64,000 nt of DNA from positions 22,050-86,049 of the forward strand of contig CACYJU010000005.1 of the NCBI GenBank assembly GCA_902774845.1, written 5' to 3'. Below, piece after piece: positions 53,358-61,999 of this stretch. The notes beneath the pieces are model-generated. The model was given only the letters and a program-made list of their open reading frames with translations. It was not told the origin of the DNA and made no database searches. Position 1 is the stretch's first letter, and each line of letters opens with the position of its first letter. The DNA comes from an uncultured Bacteroidota bacterium. Its GTDB lineage: Bacteria > Bacteroidota > Bacteroidia > Bacteroidales > P3. A program made the translations under genes and the position numbers.

Positions 53358-54449
53358 GTGAAACCTCTCTTCCTTTTCCTTCTTTCGTTATTCTGCCTGC
53401 AGGCTTCAGCCCAAAGGCTGGATGTCATATCCCAAAAACGACTTTTTGCGCCTGGTGACGAGGGTTGCTTTTGGAGGATACCTGCTGTGCTCTGTCTCGA
53501 CGACGGCACCCTTATCGCCACCTGCGATAGAAGGAAGGCAGACGAGGGAGACCTGCCTCACGATATCGATGTGGTGATGATACGCAGCTGCGACAACGGA
53601 GCTACCTGGAGCAAGCCTGTGACCATCGCTGAAGGCAAGGGTTTAGGCAAAGGGTATGGAGACGCTGCGTTGGTGCAGTGTGCCGACGGCGAGGTGGTAT
53701 GTACCTTCGCTGGAGCGGCAGGCTTCTGGGAGTCGACAGAAGAGAACCCTATAAGGACCTACGTGTGTCGCAGTGCCGACAGAGGCATCACCTGGAGCGA
53801 GCCGGAGGATATCACCTCCACGCTGTGGGGCAGCCAGGCAGTACAGTCGCAGGCACGTGGCTATCGAGGCTCGTTCAACGCCTCGGGCAACGGACTCTGT
53901 CTGACGAAAGGCAGGCATAAAGGACGCATCATGTTCGTCGCTGCCATGAGGCGTAACGTCGTGTGGGCTGCTGACAACTTCGTGGTCTACTCAGACGACA
54001 ACGGTCATACATGGCAGGTCTCGGAACGAGCATTCGAGGGTGGTGACGAGGCGAAGGTGATAGAGCTGCCCGGCGGCAGGGTGCTGATGAGCATACGTCA
54101 GAATGGCGCCAGGGGATATGCTCTCTCCGACGATGGGGGAGAGACGTGGTACGGCCAGGGTCATTGGGATGAGATGAGAACCAACGCCTGCAACGGCGAG
54201 ATGTTGAAGGTAAAGAAAGGGAAGAAGGACATCCTGTTACATTCACTTCCCAACTCGATGCAGCGAGAGGATGTCACGCTGTTCGTAAGCCGGGATGGCG
54301 GCGCAACCTGGCCAGAGAGCCATCTGATCATGCCAGGCCCGTCGGCTTATAGCTCCATGACGCAGCTCAAAGACGGCTCCATAGGCATGTTCGTAGAGAA
54401 ACTTTTAGAAGGAAAGACGGAACTTTGGTGGGCGGTGATTAGTGAATAG
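53358..54449 (+). CDS. BNR-repeat exo-alpha-sialidase-like (GH33-like) protein, secreted
   Basis: Five Asp-boxes: SCDNGATW, SADRGITW, SDDNGHTW, SDDGGETW, SRDGGATW. Signal peptide KPLFLFLLSLFCLQASAQ. The GTG start is 4 nt after the tRNA. Confidence 0.8.
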   Translation: MKPLFLFLLSLFCLQASAQRLDVISQKRLFAPGDEGCFWRIPAVLCLDDGTLIATCDRRKADEGDLPHDIDVVMIRSCDNGATWSKPVTIAEGKGLGKGYGDAALVQCADGEVVCTFAGAAGFWESTEENPIRTYVCRSADRGITWSEPEDITSTLWGSQAVQSQARGYRGSFNASGNGLCLTKGRHKGRIMFVAAMRRNVVWAADNFVVYSDDNGHTWQVSERAFEGGDEAKVIELPGGRVLMSIRQNGARGYALSDDGGETWYGQGHWDEMRTNACNGEMLKVKKGKKDILLHSLPNSMQREDVTLFVSRDGGATWPESHLIMPGPSAYSSMTQLKDGSIGMFVEKLLEGKTELWWAVISE

Positions 54450-54469
54450 TGAATAGACAATAGAATTTA
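54435..54469. repeat. Five 7-bp tandem units (GTGATTA, GTGAATA x2, GACAATA, GAATTTA)
   Basis: Read directly from the sequence. It contains the sialidase-like stop codon TAG (54447-49). Confidence 0.85.
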
Positions 54470-54475
54470 TTAGCT

Positions 54476-55954
54476 CTATTTAAGTAATTGCCCAGTCCGG
54501 GCACGGACCCAGGTGGCTATTATTTCTAAGGCCTCCTGAGAAAAGGTTTCTTCTATCAGCATGTATTCAGAGGGGAGGCCTTTGTCGCAATGCTGGAAGA
54601 GGTGGTTGAGGCCGTCAAGTTGTCTGACTGTGAGCAGGTCCGGCTTGACTGACTTTGTGATTGCGGCGAGGTTCTCGATGGCAGAGACCTGCAGGTCTTT
54701 CGAGCCGTTGAGAGCCAGCACTGGGCACTTCACTTTCTTAAGGTATGGGGTTGGGTCGAGCTGTACAAAACGACGCATCCAAGGTATCTTCATCTGGGCG
54801 GCCATCTGTGAGGCTTCGAAGGCGGAGAGGCTGATTTTCTTGCGGTCGGCTTTGGAGAGCCATTGGGAATAGTGGCTGGCGAGGGCTTTGTAGAGGGAGT
54901 CCAGTTCGCTTTCTCTGTATTTCCCGACAGCGTCGAAGCACTCTTTAAGGAAAGCGTCGCGGATGGAGACCAGCGAGCTGTCGACGCCGCCGGCAAGGAA
55001 GAGGTCGCGGTTCTGCTGACGCAATATTGAAGCACCGTCAACACCAGGTCCGGCGAGCATCACTATGAAGGCCACGTGGCGGTTGCGCGTGGCGATGATG
55101 GGAGCTATCGAGCCCCCTTCGCTGTGACCGATGATGCCCACCCGCTTGCGGTCGATGCCAGGCTGCTTGCGCAGCCAGTTGAAAAGCCACTCAGCGTCGT
55201 CGGCGAGGAGGTCGGTGGTCACGTTGGCCACGTCGCCAGTGCTTTCACCTGTGCCGCGGTCGTCGTAGCGCAGCGAGGCGATGCCGCACCTTGCCAGATA
55301 GTCGGCGAGGACCAAGAAAGGCTTATGTCCCATCAGCTCCTCGTCGCGGTTCTGCATGCCCGAGCCAGAGATGAGGAGGACGCAGGGAACGTGTGAATTT
55401 TGGAGGGTGGAGCTATCAGGGATGGTCAAGGTTACGCCGATGTTGACCTGCTCACCGCGGCTGTCCTTGTGTTTGAGTACCATCCGTTTTTCGCTGTAGG
55501 GGAAAGGTTGCTTCGGCTCCTGAGGACGGACGGGGGTATAAAGACCCAGCGACGGCTTGAGGGAGATGTCGGTGTTGAGCAGACCTTGGTGGAAACGGCC
55601 AGAGAAGGAGGAGTCGGAGGCAGCGTAGCGGAGGGTCATCTTCACTCCGAGAGACTTTATCTGCAGGCGCAGGGTGTCGTTAGAGAAACTCCAGGAGGAG
55701 GGATGCATAGGCTCGGTGCTCTGCATGGGACTGTACAATACCGGCGACAAGGCACCTGTGGAGTCTTGGTCGAAGGAGAGGTTGAGTGGCAGCGAGGCCT
55801 CTTCGATCATGCCCAGCCACCATTGTCCGCCAAAGTGCGACGGCAGCTGAGCCTGCGACGTCACCGCGAGGGCGCAGGCGAGGATGAGGGGCAGGAGCTT
55901 GTGGGTGAGTTGAAAATTGAAAGTTGAAAATTGAGAATTTGTGTGTGTTTTCAT
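54476..55954 (-). CDS. Secreted alpha/beta-hydrolase
   Basis: Nucleophile elbow IIGHSEGGS, plus a signal peptide. Confidence 0.75.
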   Translation of the reverse strand: MKTHTNSQFSTFNFQLTHKLLPLILACALAVTSQAQLPSHFGGQWWLGMIEEASLPLNLSFDQDSTGALSPVLYSPMQSTEPMHPSSWSFSNDTLRLQIKSLGVKMTLRYAASDSSFSGRFHQGLLNTDISLKPSLGLYTPVRPQEPKQPFPYSEKRMVLKHKDSRGEQVNIGVTLTIPDSSTLQNSHVPCVLLISGSGMQNRDEELMGHKPFLVLADYLARCGIASLRYDDRGTGESTGDVANVTTDLLADDAEWLFNWLRKQPGIDRKRVGIIGHSEGGSIAPIIATRNRHVAFIVMLAGPGVDGASILRQQNRDLFLAGGVDSSLVSIRDAFLKECFDAVGKYRESELDSLYKALASHYSQWLSKADRKKISLSAFEASQMAAQMKIPWMRRFVQLDPTPYLKKVKCPVLALNGSKDLQVSAIENLAAITKSVKPDLLTVRQLDGLNHLFQHCDKGLPSEYMLIEETFSQEALEIIATWVRARTGQLLK

Positions 55955-56871
55955 GCTTCGTCCTCTTGTATTTGACTCAATATGCCGAGGTAGTTGGTGT
56001 AGCGTTCATCCGAGATGGAGCCGTCGTCCACCGCCTCTTTCACTGCGCAGCCTGGCTCGTGGGTGTGGGTGCAGGTGTTGAAGCGGCAGCCGTGGAGGCG
56101 AGAGCGGATCTCAGGGAAGAAGTGGCCCAGCTCCTCAGGCTTGATGTCCACCATGCCGAACTCCTTGATGCCAGGCGTGTCTATGAGGAAAGCGTCAGAC
56201 GAAGGCAGAGGGAAGATCTCAGCGAAGGTGGTGGTGTGCTTCCCTTTCTCGCTCCACTCGGAAACCTCGCCCATACGCAGGTTGAGCGACGGCTCTATGG
56301 CGTTGAGGAGGGCCGACTTGCCCACGCCGCTGTGTCCGCTGAAGAGGACTGTCTTGCCGTGGATGCTCTTTTTCAGTTGCCCGATGCCTGTGCCTTCCAA
56401 AGCCGAGGTGACGAGCACAGGATAACCTATCTTCTCGTAGAGGTTTTTTAGAGAAGATAGCATGTCCATCAGTTCGATGTCATAGAGGTCTGCTTTGTTG
56501 AAGATGATGCAGGCAGGTATATGGTAGGCCTCTGCGGTGACGAGCAGGCGGTCGATGAAGCCGGTCGAAGTGCGAGGCAGCGCCAGCGTCGCGACTATGC
56601 AAAGCTGGTCGATATTCGAGGCTATGACGTGAGTCTGCTTGGAGAGCTTGGTGGCTTTGCGCACTATGTAGTTGCGGCGGTCGAGCACGTTGTTTATCAT
56701 GCCCGTGCCGTCGTCCTGAAGCAGGAATTCCACCTGGTCGCCCACGGCCACGGGGTTGGTCTGTTTGTTACCTCGCAGACGGTAGTTGCCTCGCAGACGG
56801 CAGTCGAACGAAGACCCGTTGGAGAGCACCTTATACCAACTACCCGTGGTGCGTGTTACCAAGCCCTGCAT
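55951..56871 (-). CDS. rsgA: Ribosome small-subunit-dependent GTPase A
   Basis: Circularly permuted GTPase: NKADL ... GHSGVGKSALLN, and zinc knuckle CRFNTCTHTHEPGCAV. Confidence 0.9.
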   Translation of the reverse strand: MQGLVTRTTGSWYKVLSNGSSFDCRLRGNYRLRGNKQTNPVAVGDQVEFLLQDDGTGMINNVLDRRNYIVRKATKLSKQTHVIASNIDQLCIVATLALPRTSTGFIDRLLVTAEAYHIPACIIFNKADLYDIELMDMLSSLKNLYEKIGYPVLVTSALEGTGIGQLKKSIHGKTVLFSGHSGVGKSALLNAIEPSLNLRMGEVSEWSEKGKHTTTFAEIFPLPSSDAFLIDTPGIKEFGMVDIKPEELGHFFPEIRSRLHGCRFNTCTHTHEPGCAVKEAVDDGSISDERYTNYLGILSQIQEDEA

Positions 56872-56872
56872 T

Positions 56873-58336
56873 TTATCCTACTTTCACGGGGTCGGTGGTG
56901 AACTGGATGCCGAGGCGTTTGAAGATCTTCCTGTCCACCTCGCTGAGCATCTTTGTGGCGTGCACCTGGCACCCTTCGAGCTGAGGCAGGCAGTCGAGAG
57001 CCTTGCGGCAGTTAGGGTCGGAGAGGCTGAGGATGGAGAGGGTGACGAGCACCTCGTCGCTGTGGAGGCGCGGCGCTTTGCTGTGCAGCATGTCGACCTT
57101 GGTTTTCTGTATTGGGGCGATGGTCTGCTGAGGAATGAGCTGTAGCGAGTGGTCTATGCCAGCGAGGTGTTTCAGGGCGTTGATGAGGAGTGCGGCGCTT
57201 GCTGAGAGGAGGTCGCTCGAGTGGGCAGTTAATATGGTGTTGTCGTCTAGCTGAATTGCAGTCGAGGGTGCCTTTTCCTGTTCCTCGCGTTTGTGAGCTG
57301 CTACGGTGGTCGGGCGGTCATCGGTGGAGAGTTTCAGCTGCTTCATCAGCAGTTTTATCTTGTTTATCTCGTCCTCTGTGGCTCGTCCGTCAGCGAAGTT
57401 ACAGAGGGTGTTGTAGTAACGGCGTATTATCTCGTCCTTCGACGCCTGACTGCAGACATCGTCGTCGGAGATGCAGAAGCCTGCCATGTTGACCCCCATG
57501 TCGGTGGGCGACTTGTAGGGGTTCTCACCATAGATGCTCTCGAAGATGGCGTTGAGGACAGGGAATATCTCTATGTCGCGGTTGTAGTTGACTGCGGTCT
57601 TGCCGTAGGCCTCAAGGTGGAACGGGTCGATCATGTTGACGTCGTTGAGGTCGGCAGTGGCTGCTTCGTAGGCGACGTTGACGGGGTGTTTCAGTGGGAT
57701 GCTCCAGATGGGGAAGGTCTCGAATTTGGCGTATCCGGCCTTCACACCGTGCTTGTTTTCCAGGTAGAGCTGGCTGAGACATACTGCCATCTTGCCGCTT
57801 CCGGGGCCAGGAGCCGTCACCACCACCAGAGGGTGGGAGGTCTCGATATACTCGTTGCGTCCGAATCCCTCGTCTGAGCAGATGAAATCGACATCGGTAG
57901 GATAGTTTTTTATAAGGTGTAGGTAAGCCACCTTGATGCCCATGCGCTCCAGACGCTCGCGGTAGGCTACGGCGCCGCTCTGTCCGTTGAAATGAGTTAT
58001 GGCCACAGCACCTACCTGCAAGCCACGGCTCTGGAACTCGTCGCGCAGACGTAGCACGTCGGCGTCGTAGGTGATGCCCAGGTCTGCGCGAACCTTGTTT
58101 TTCTCGATATCCTCGGCGTTGATGGCGATGATGATTTCGAGTTGGTTGCTGAGCTGCATGAGCATGCGCAGCTTGCTGTCGGGCTGAAAACCCGGGAGGA
58201 CACGACTGGCGTGGTAGTCGTCGAAAAGTTTACCGCCAAATTCAAGATAGAGTTTGTTCCCGTACTGCGAGATGCGCTCACGGATGTGCTCTGACTGTAT
58301 CCGAAGATACTTGTCGTTGTCGAAACCTTGTTTCAT
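56873..58336 (-). CDS. DUF1846 (UPF0371) family protein
   Basis: The N-terminus GFDNDKYLRIQSEHIRERI ... LYLEFGGKLFDDYHASRVLPGF is characteristic of this family. Confidence 0.8.
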   Translation of the reverse strand: MKQGFDNDKYLRIQSEHIRERISQYGNKLYLEFGGKLFDDYHASRVLPGFQPDSKLRMLMQLSNQLEIIIAINAEDIEKNKVRADLGITYDADVLRLRDEFQSRGLQVGAVAITHFNGQSGAVAYRERLERMGIKVAYLHLIKNYPTDVDFICSDEGFGRNEYIETSHPLVVVTAPGPGSGKMAVCLSQLYLENKHGVKAGYAKFETFPIWSIPLKHPVNVAYEAATADLNDVNMIDPFHLEAYGKTAVNYNRDIEIFPVLNAIFESIYGENPYKSPTDMGVNMAGFCISDDDVCSQASKDEIIRRYYNTLCNFADGRATEDEINKIKLLMKQLKLSTDDRPTTVAAHKREEQEKAPSTAIQLDDNTILTAHSSDLLSASAALLINALKHLAGIDHSLQLIPQQTIAPIQKTKVDMLHSKAPRLHSDEVLVTLSILSLSDPNCRKALDCLPQLEGCQVHATKMLSEVDRKIFKRLGIQFTTDPVKVG

Positions 58337-58581
58337 GATGTTGCTTATTTGAATGATTATTAAAAATATATGGTGGTTTAATCAGTCAATTAAGCGAGCA
58401 AAGATAGGATAAAAAAATGAAAGGTGCAAATTTGGGGTTGCGGAAAAGGTTAAAAGAAGATTCCAAATGTTGGAATATGAAATATTTTCGGAAACGACAG
58501 GCGGTCTTATAAGATAATCCTAAATAAATACCCCGTTAACTGAATTCAGTTGCAAGTCATAGAAGTGACGACTAGAATCGG

Positions 58582-58919
58582 CAACCACATAGAGAGATGA
58601 TAGAGAAACCATATAGAGATGATAGAGAAACCATAAAGAAGACATAAAGAAACCATAAAGAAACCATAAGCAAACCATAAAGAAACCATAAAGAAACCAT
58701 AAGCAAACCATAAGCAAACCATAAAGAAACCATAGAGGGAAGATGTAAGATGTAAGAATGAATTGCCTGAATGTGTGAATGCTTGAATTTGTGAATGTGT
58801 TAGTGGGGCTGGCGCGGGTGTAATGATGTATTGGTGTTAATGCGTTAGTGGGGGGAAGAGGGATTCGCGGATCTACGGATTAATGGATCTACAGAAGATG
58901 TTAGATGTTAGATGTGTGC
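58582..58919. repeat. Composite block of at least four different short-period tandem arrays
   Basis: Fourteen 11-mers (AGAAACCATAA family, 58582-58735). 7-mers ATGTAAG (58736-63). 8-mers TGxxTGAA (58764-58811). Then GGATCTAC and GATGTTA repeats up to 58919. Confidence 0.9.
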
Positions 58920-58995
58920 TCGTGGGTTTGGGAGAATGTTTTTTGTGGGAATATGCTAATATAGGGGGATTTTTGTCTGTTTTTGCGAAATTGTG

Positions 58996-59003
58996 TATCT
59001 TTG
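58996..59003 (+). promoter_or_regulatory. -7 promoter box TAtcTTTG upstream of rpoN
   Basis: gtgTATCTTTGcagac. Confidence 0.55.
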
Positions 59004-59058
59004 CAGACTAAAACAAAGGTACGTAACGTTCTTTATAGGTGCGTAAAACAACCATATA

Positions 59059-60453
59059 ATGATTGGTCAACGGCAGATAATGAAGCAACAGCAGAAGCTG
59101 ACACCGCAACAGGTGATGGTGCTGAGACTGCTTCACATGCCTATGCACGAGCTGATGAAAGCCATAAAAGAGGAGGTGGAGAAGAACCCTCTGCTCGAGG
59201 CAGAGTCGATGCAGATGGAGTCGCTGTCGGACTTTGTGGACAGAGACCGAGGGGAGGTGGATGACGACGACTTCGACACCCGCGCCTATTCGGCTGGGAA
59301 CGGCGAGCGCGAGGAGAGGGAATGGCAGGTGGCGAGCGAGCCGACCTTTGCCGAGACCCTACATTCGCAGCTGGACATGAAGCAGCTGAGTGAGACGGAA
59401 TCCGTGATAGGACATGAGCTGATAGGAAGCCTGGATGACAGCGGATACCTGACGAGGGACCTCGGAATCGTGGCGAACGACATAGCACTGTATAAGGGGC
59501 TGGATGTGGAGCCGAAGGAGGTGGAGAGGGTGCTGAAGATAGTACAATCGATGGATCCGGCAGGCATAGGGGCGAGGAGTCTTCAGGAGTGCCTCTCGCT
59601 GCAGCTGCACAGGATAGAGAGTCCGAACGCAAGCGAACGGCTGGCTACGGAGATAGTGGACCGATGGTTCGCTGCCTTCACACAGCATAAGTATGACCTG
59701 ATAGAGAAGAAGACGGGTGCGGAAGAGGGGGCTCTGAGAGAGGCGCTGACGGTGATACAGAGGCTCAACCCGAAGCCAGGGGAGTCGTCGGACAGCATGG
59801 GCGGCAAGGCGGCTGCGGTGATGGCGGACATGACGGTATACGTGCAGGACGGCAACGTGACATTCCAGATAAACGACAAGTATATACCCAAGCTGAGGGT
59901 GGACAGCAGCTATCTGAGCATGCTGGACACGATAGAGGCAGGGGGAGCCAAGACGAAAGAGTCGGAGCAGACGGCAGAATTCATAAAGAGCAACGCCGAA
60001 GAGGCTACGTCGTTCATCGAGGCGCTGGATCTGCGGCACAGCACGATGGTGAAGGTGATGAAAGAGATAGTGAAACGTCAGAAACGCTATTTCCGGAGCG
60101 GGTCGATGGGAGACCTGGAGCCGATGTTGCAGAAAGAAGTGGCAGAGGCTACTGGACTGGACGAGTCGACGGTGTCGAGGATGGTGAACAGCAAATATGT
60201 GAAGACGCCCTACGGTATGATGCAGCTGAAGGAGCTGTTCAGCAACGCGATAAAGACAGACGAGGGCGAGGAGGTCTCGTCGCGTGCGGTGAAGGAGGCT
60301 CTGAAAGAGGCTGTGGAGAACGAAGACAAGAAGAAACCGCTGTCGGACGAGGAGCTTTCGGCATTGCTGAAGACGAAAGGGTTTCCTACAGCCCGCAGGA
60401 CGGTGGCAAAATACAGAGAGGCGATGGGAATACCGACGGCACGACTGAGAAGA
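59059..60453 (+). CDS. rpoN: RNA polymerase sigma-54 factor (no stop codon of its own; the frame continues into the next gene)
   Basis: N-terminal QQKLTPQQVMVLRLL, and the RpoN box ARRTVAKYREAMGIP near the end. The ORF remains open to 61326. Confidence 0.85.
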
Positions 60454-61326
60454 ATGATAATAGGCGTGGTGCTGTTCTGCATGACCACCCTCGCAACAAG
60501 CTTGAACGCCCAGAGTGCGGGCGACCAGAAACCGGCAGAGCCGAACAAAGAACGCTCACAGATGCCTGCGGTGTTGTGGTATGGCAACAATATGTCGGAT
60601 GCTAAGGTGAGGCTGAAAGAAATGCCGCTGGACTCGCTGCCAGATGAGATAAACATAAGGCTCCTGAGAAAAGGTGAGCAGTTTGTATTTCCCGTGAAAT
60701 GCCAGAAGTCGTCACCTTACGGATGGCGGTGGGAGAGACCGCACCGCGGAGTGGATATAGCATTGAAGACGGGCGAGCCTATACACTGTGTGTTTGACGG
60801 CGTGGTGAGGATAGCAAAGCCGATGGGAGGATATGGAAACCTGGTGGTGGTGAGACATTATAACGGACTGGAGACGGTCTATGGACACCTTTCGAAGATA
60901 AACGTGAAGCCACGCCAGGAGCTGAAAGCGGGCGACGTGCTGGGATTGGGTGGCAGCACGGGCCATTCGACAGGTCCGCACCTGCATTTCGAAGTGAGGT
61001 TCCAATATGAGACGTTTGACCCGGAGTGGCTGTTGGATTTCTCGAACTACTCGCTGAGGACACAGCGGCTGCATCTGGACAAGTCGTACTTCGGTATCAA
61101 GAAGCCGAGAGGACGCAAGGGTGAGAGCATCGCCTATAAGGCAGACAAGAGTTTTATTAAAGAGCCGGAGAGACGGGGCCCCAAGGAGATGTACTACGTG
61201 ATAAAGAGCGGCGACAGCCTGGTGGAGATAGCCCACAGGTACAGCACTACGGTGGAGAAGATAAGGATGCTGAACGACGGACTGCCCAAGAAACCTAAGC
61301 CGGGAACGAAGATAAGGGTGAGGTGA
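60454..61326 (+). CDS. M23-family metallopeptidase with a C-terminal LysM domain
   Basis: Signal-peptide-like MIIGVVLFCMTTLATSLNAQ, HRGVDIALKTGEPI (HxxxD), GHSTGPHLHFEV (HxH), and LysM YYVIKSGDSLVEIAHRYSTTVEKIRMLN. Confidence 0.8.
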   Translation: MIIGVVLFCMTTLATSLNAQSAGDQKPAEPNKERSQMPAVLWYGNNMSDAKVRLKEMPLDSLPDEINIRLLRKGEQFVFPVKCQKSSPYGWRWERPHRGVDIALKTGEPIHCVFDGVVRIAKPMGGYGNLVVVRHYNGLETVYGHLSKINVKPRQELKAGDVLGLGGSTGHSTGPHLHFEVRFQYETFDPEWLLDFSNYSLRTQRLHLDKSYFGIKKPRGRKGESIAYKADKSFIKEPERRGPKEMYYVIKSGDSLVEIAHRYSTTVEKIRMLNDGLPKKPKPGTKIRVR

Positions 61327-61327
61327 T

Positions 61328-61415
61328 GAGATTGCTTGAATGCTTGAATGTGTGAATTCGTGAATGTGTTAATGCGTGAATTTGTGAATTTGTGAATGCC
61401 TAAGTGTGTTAGTGC
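61328..61415. repeat. Eleven 8-bp tandem units (TTGAATGC/GTGAATGT/GTGAATTT family)
   Basis: Read directly from the sequence. The array starts 2 nt after the stop at 61326. Confidence 0.95.
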
Positions 61416-61438
61416 TTTAGCTTGTTAATTTGTAAACC

Positions 61439-61927
61439 ATGGAAAATAAGAAAACGAACCTTTCGGATTATGACCCCAACAGGATTCCTGACGGGGGACA
61501 GTATAGGATAGCCATAGTGGCGGCAGAATGGAACGCAGAGATAACTGACGCGATGCTGAACGGAGCATACGAGACGCTGCTGAAACACGGTGTGACGGAA
61601 GACAATATAACAGTAAGGAGAGTGCCCGGCACGTTCGAGCTGACATCGGCGGCAGATATACTGCTTACGAAACGCTGCGACCTGGATGCGGTTATATGCA
61701 TAGGATGTGTGATACAGGGAGAGACGAGGCATTTCGACTTTATCTGCGAGTCAGTGGCCAACGGACTGGCGAACGTGTCAGTGAAACACACGCGGCCTGT
61801 GATATTCAGCGTGCTTACGACGAACAACATTGAGCAGGCACGGGAGCGAGCTGGCGGAAAGCATGGGAACAAAGGAGTGGAAGGAGCCGTGACCGCGTTG
61901 AAGATGTGTGAGTTTATGAATGCGTGA
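61439..61927 (+). CDS. ribH: 6,7-dimethyl-8-ribityllumazine synthase
   Basis: RIAIVAAEWNAEIT, VPGTFEL, HFDFICESVANG. Confidence 0.92.
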   Translation: MENKKTNLSDYDPNRIPDGGQYRIAIVAAEWNAEITDAMLNGAYETLLKHGVTEDNITVRRVPGTFELTSAADILLTKRCDLDAVICIGCVIQGETRHFDFICESVANGLANVSVKHTRPVIFSVLTTNNIEQARERAGGKHGNKGVEGAVTALKMCEFMNA

Positions 61928-61975
61928 ATGCGTGAGTGATTGAATGCGTGGGTGCATGAGTGAAAGATTGAATAT
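61912..61975. repeat. Eight 8-bp tandem units (ATGCGTGA/GTGATTGA/GTGCATGA family)
   Basis: Read directly from the sequence. The ribH stop TGA (61925-27) lies in unit 2. Confidence 0.9.
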
Positions 61976-61999
61976 TGGAAATTTAAACTGGAAGCTGAT

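Noticed and set aside
58520-58717. A 65-aa minus-strand ORF (MLMVCLWFLYGFFMVCLWFLYGFF...).
   Set aside because: It is an artefact of the 11-mer AAACCATAA array, and the peptide is periodic.
61327-61438. I looked for an FMN riboswitch upstream of ribH.
   Set aside because: The 112-nt spacer consists almost entirely of the 8-mer tandem array. I could not find the conserved FMN-element helices or sequence blocks.
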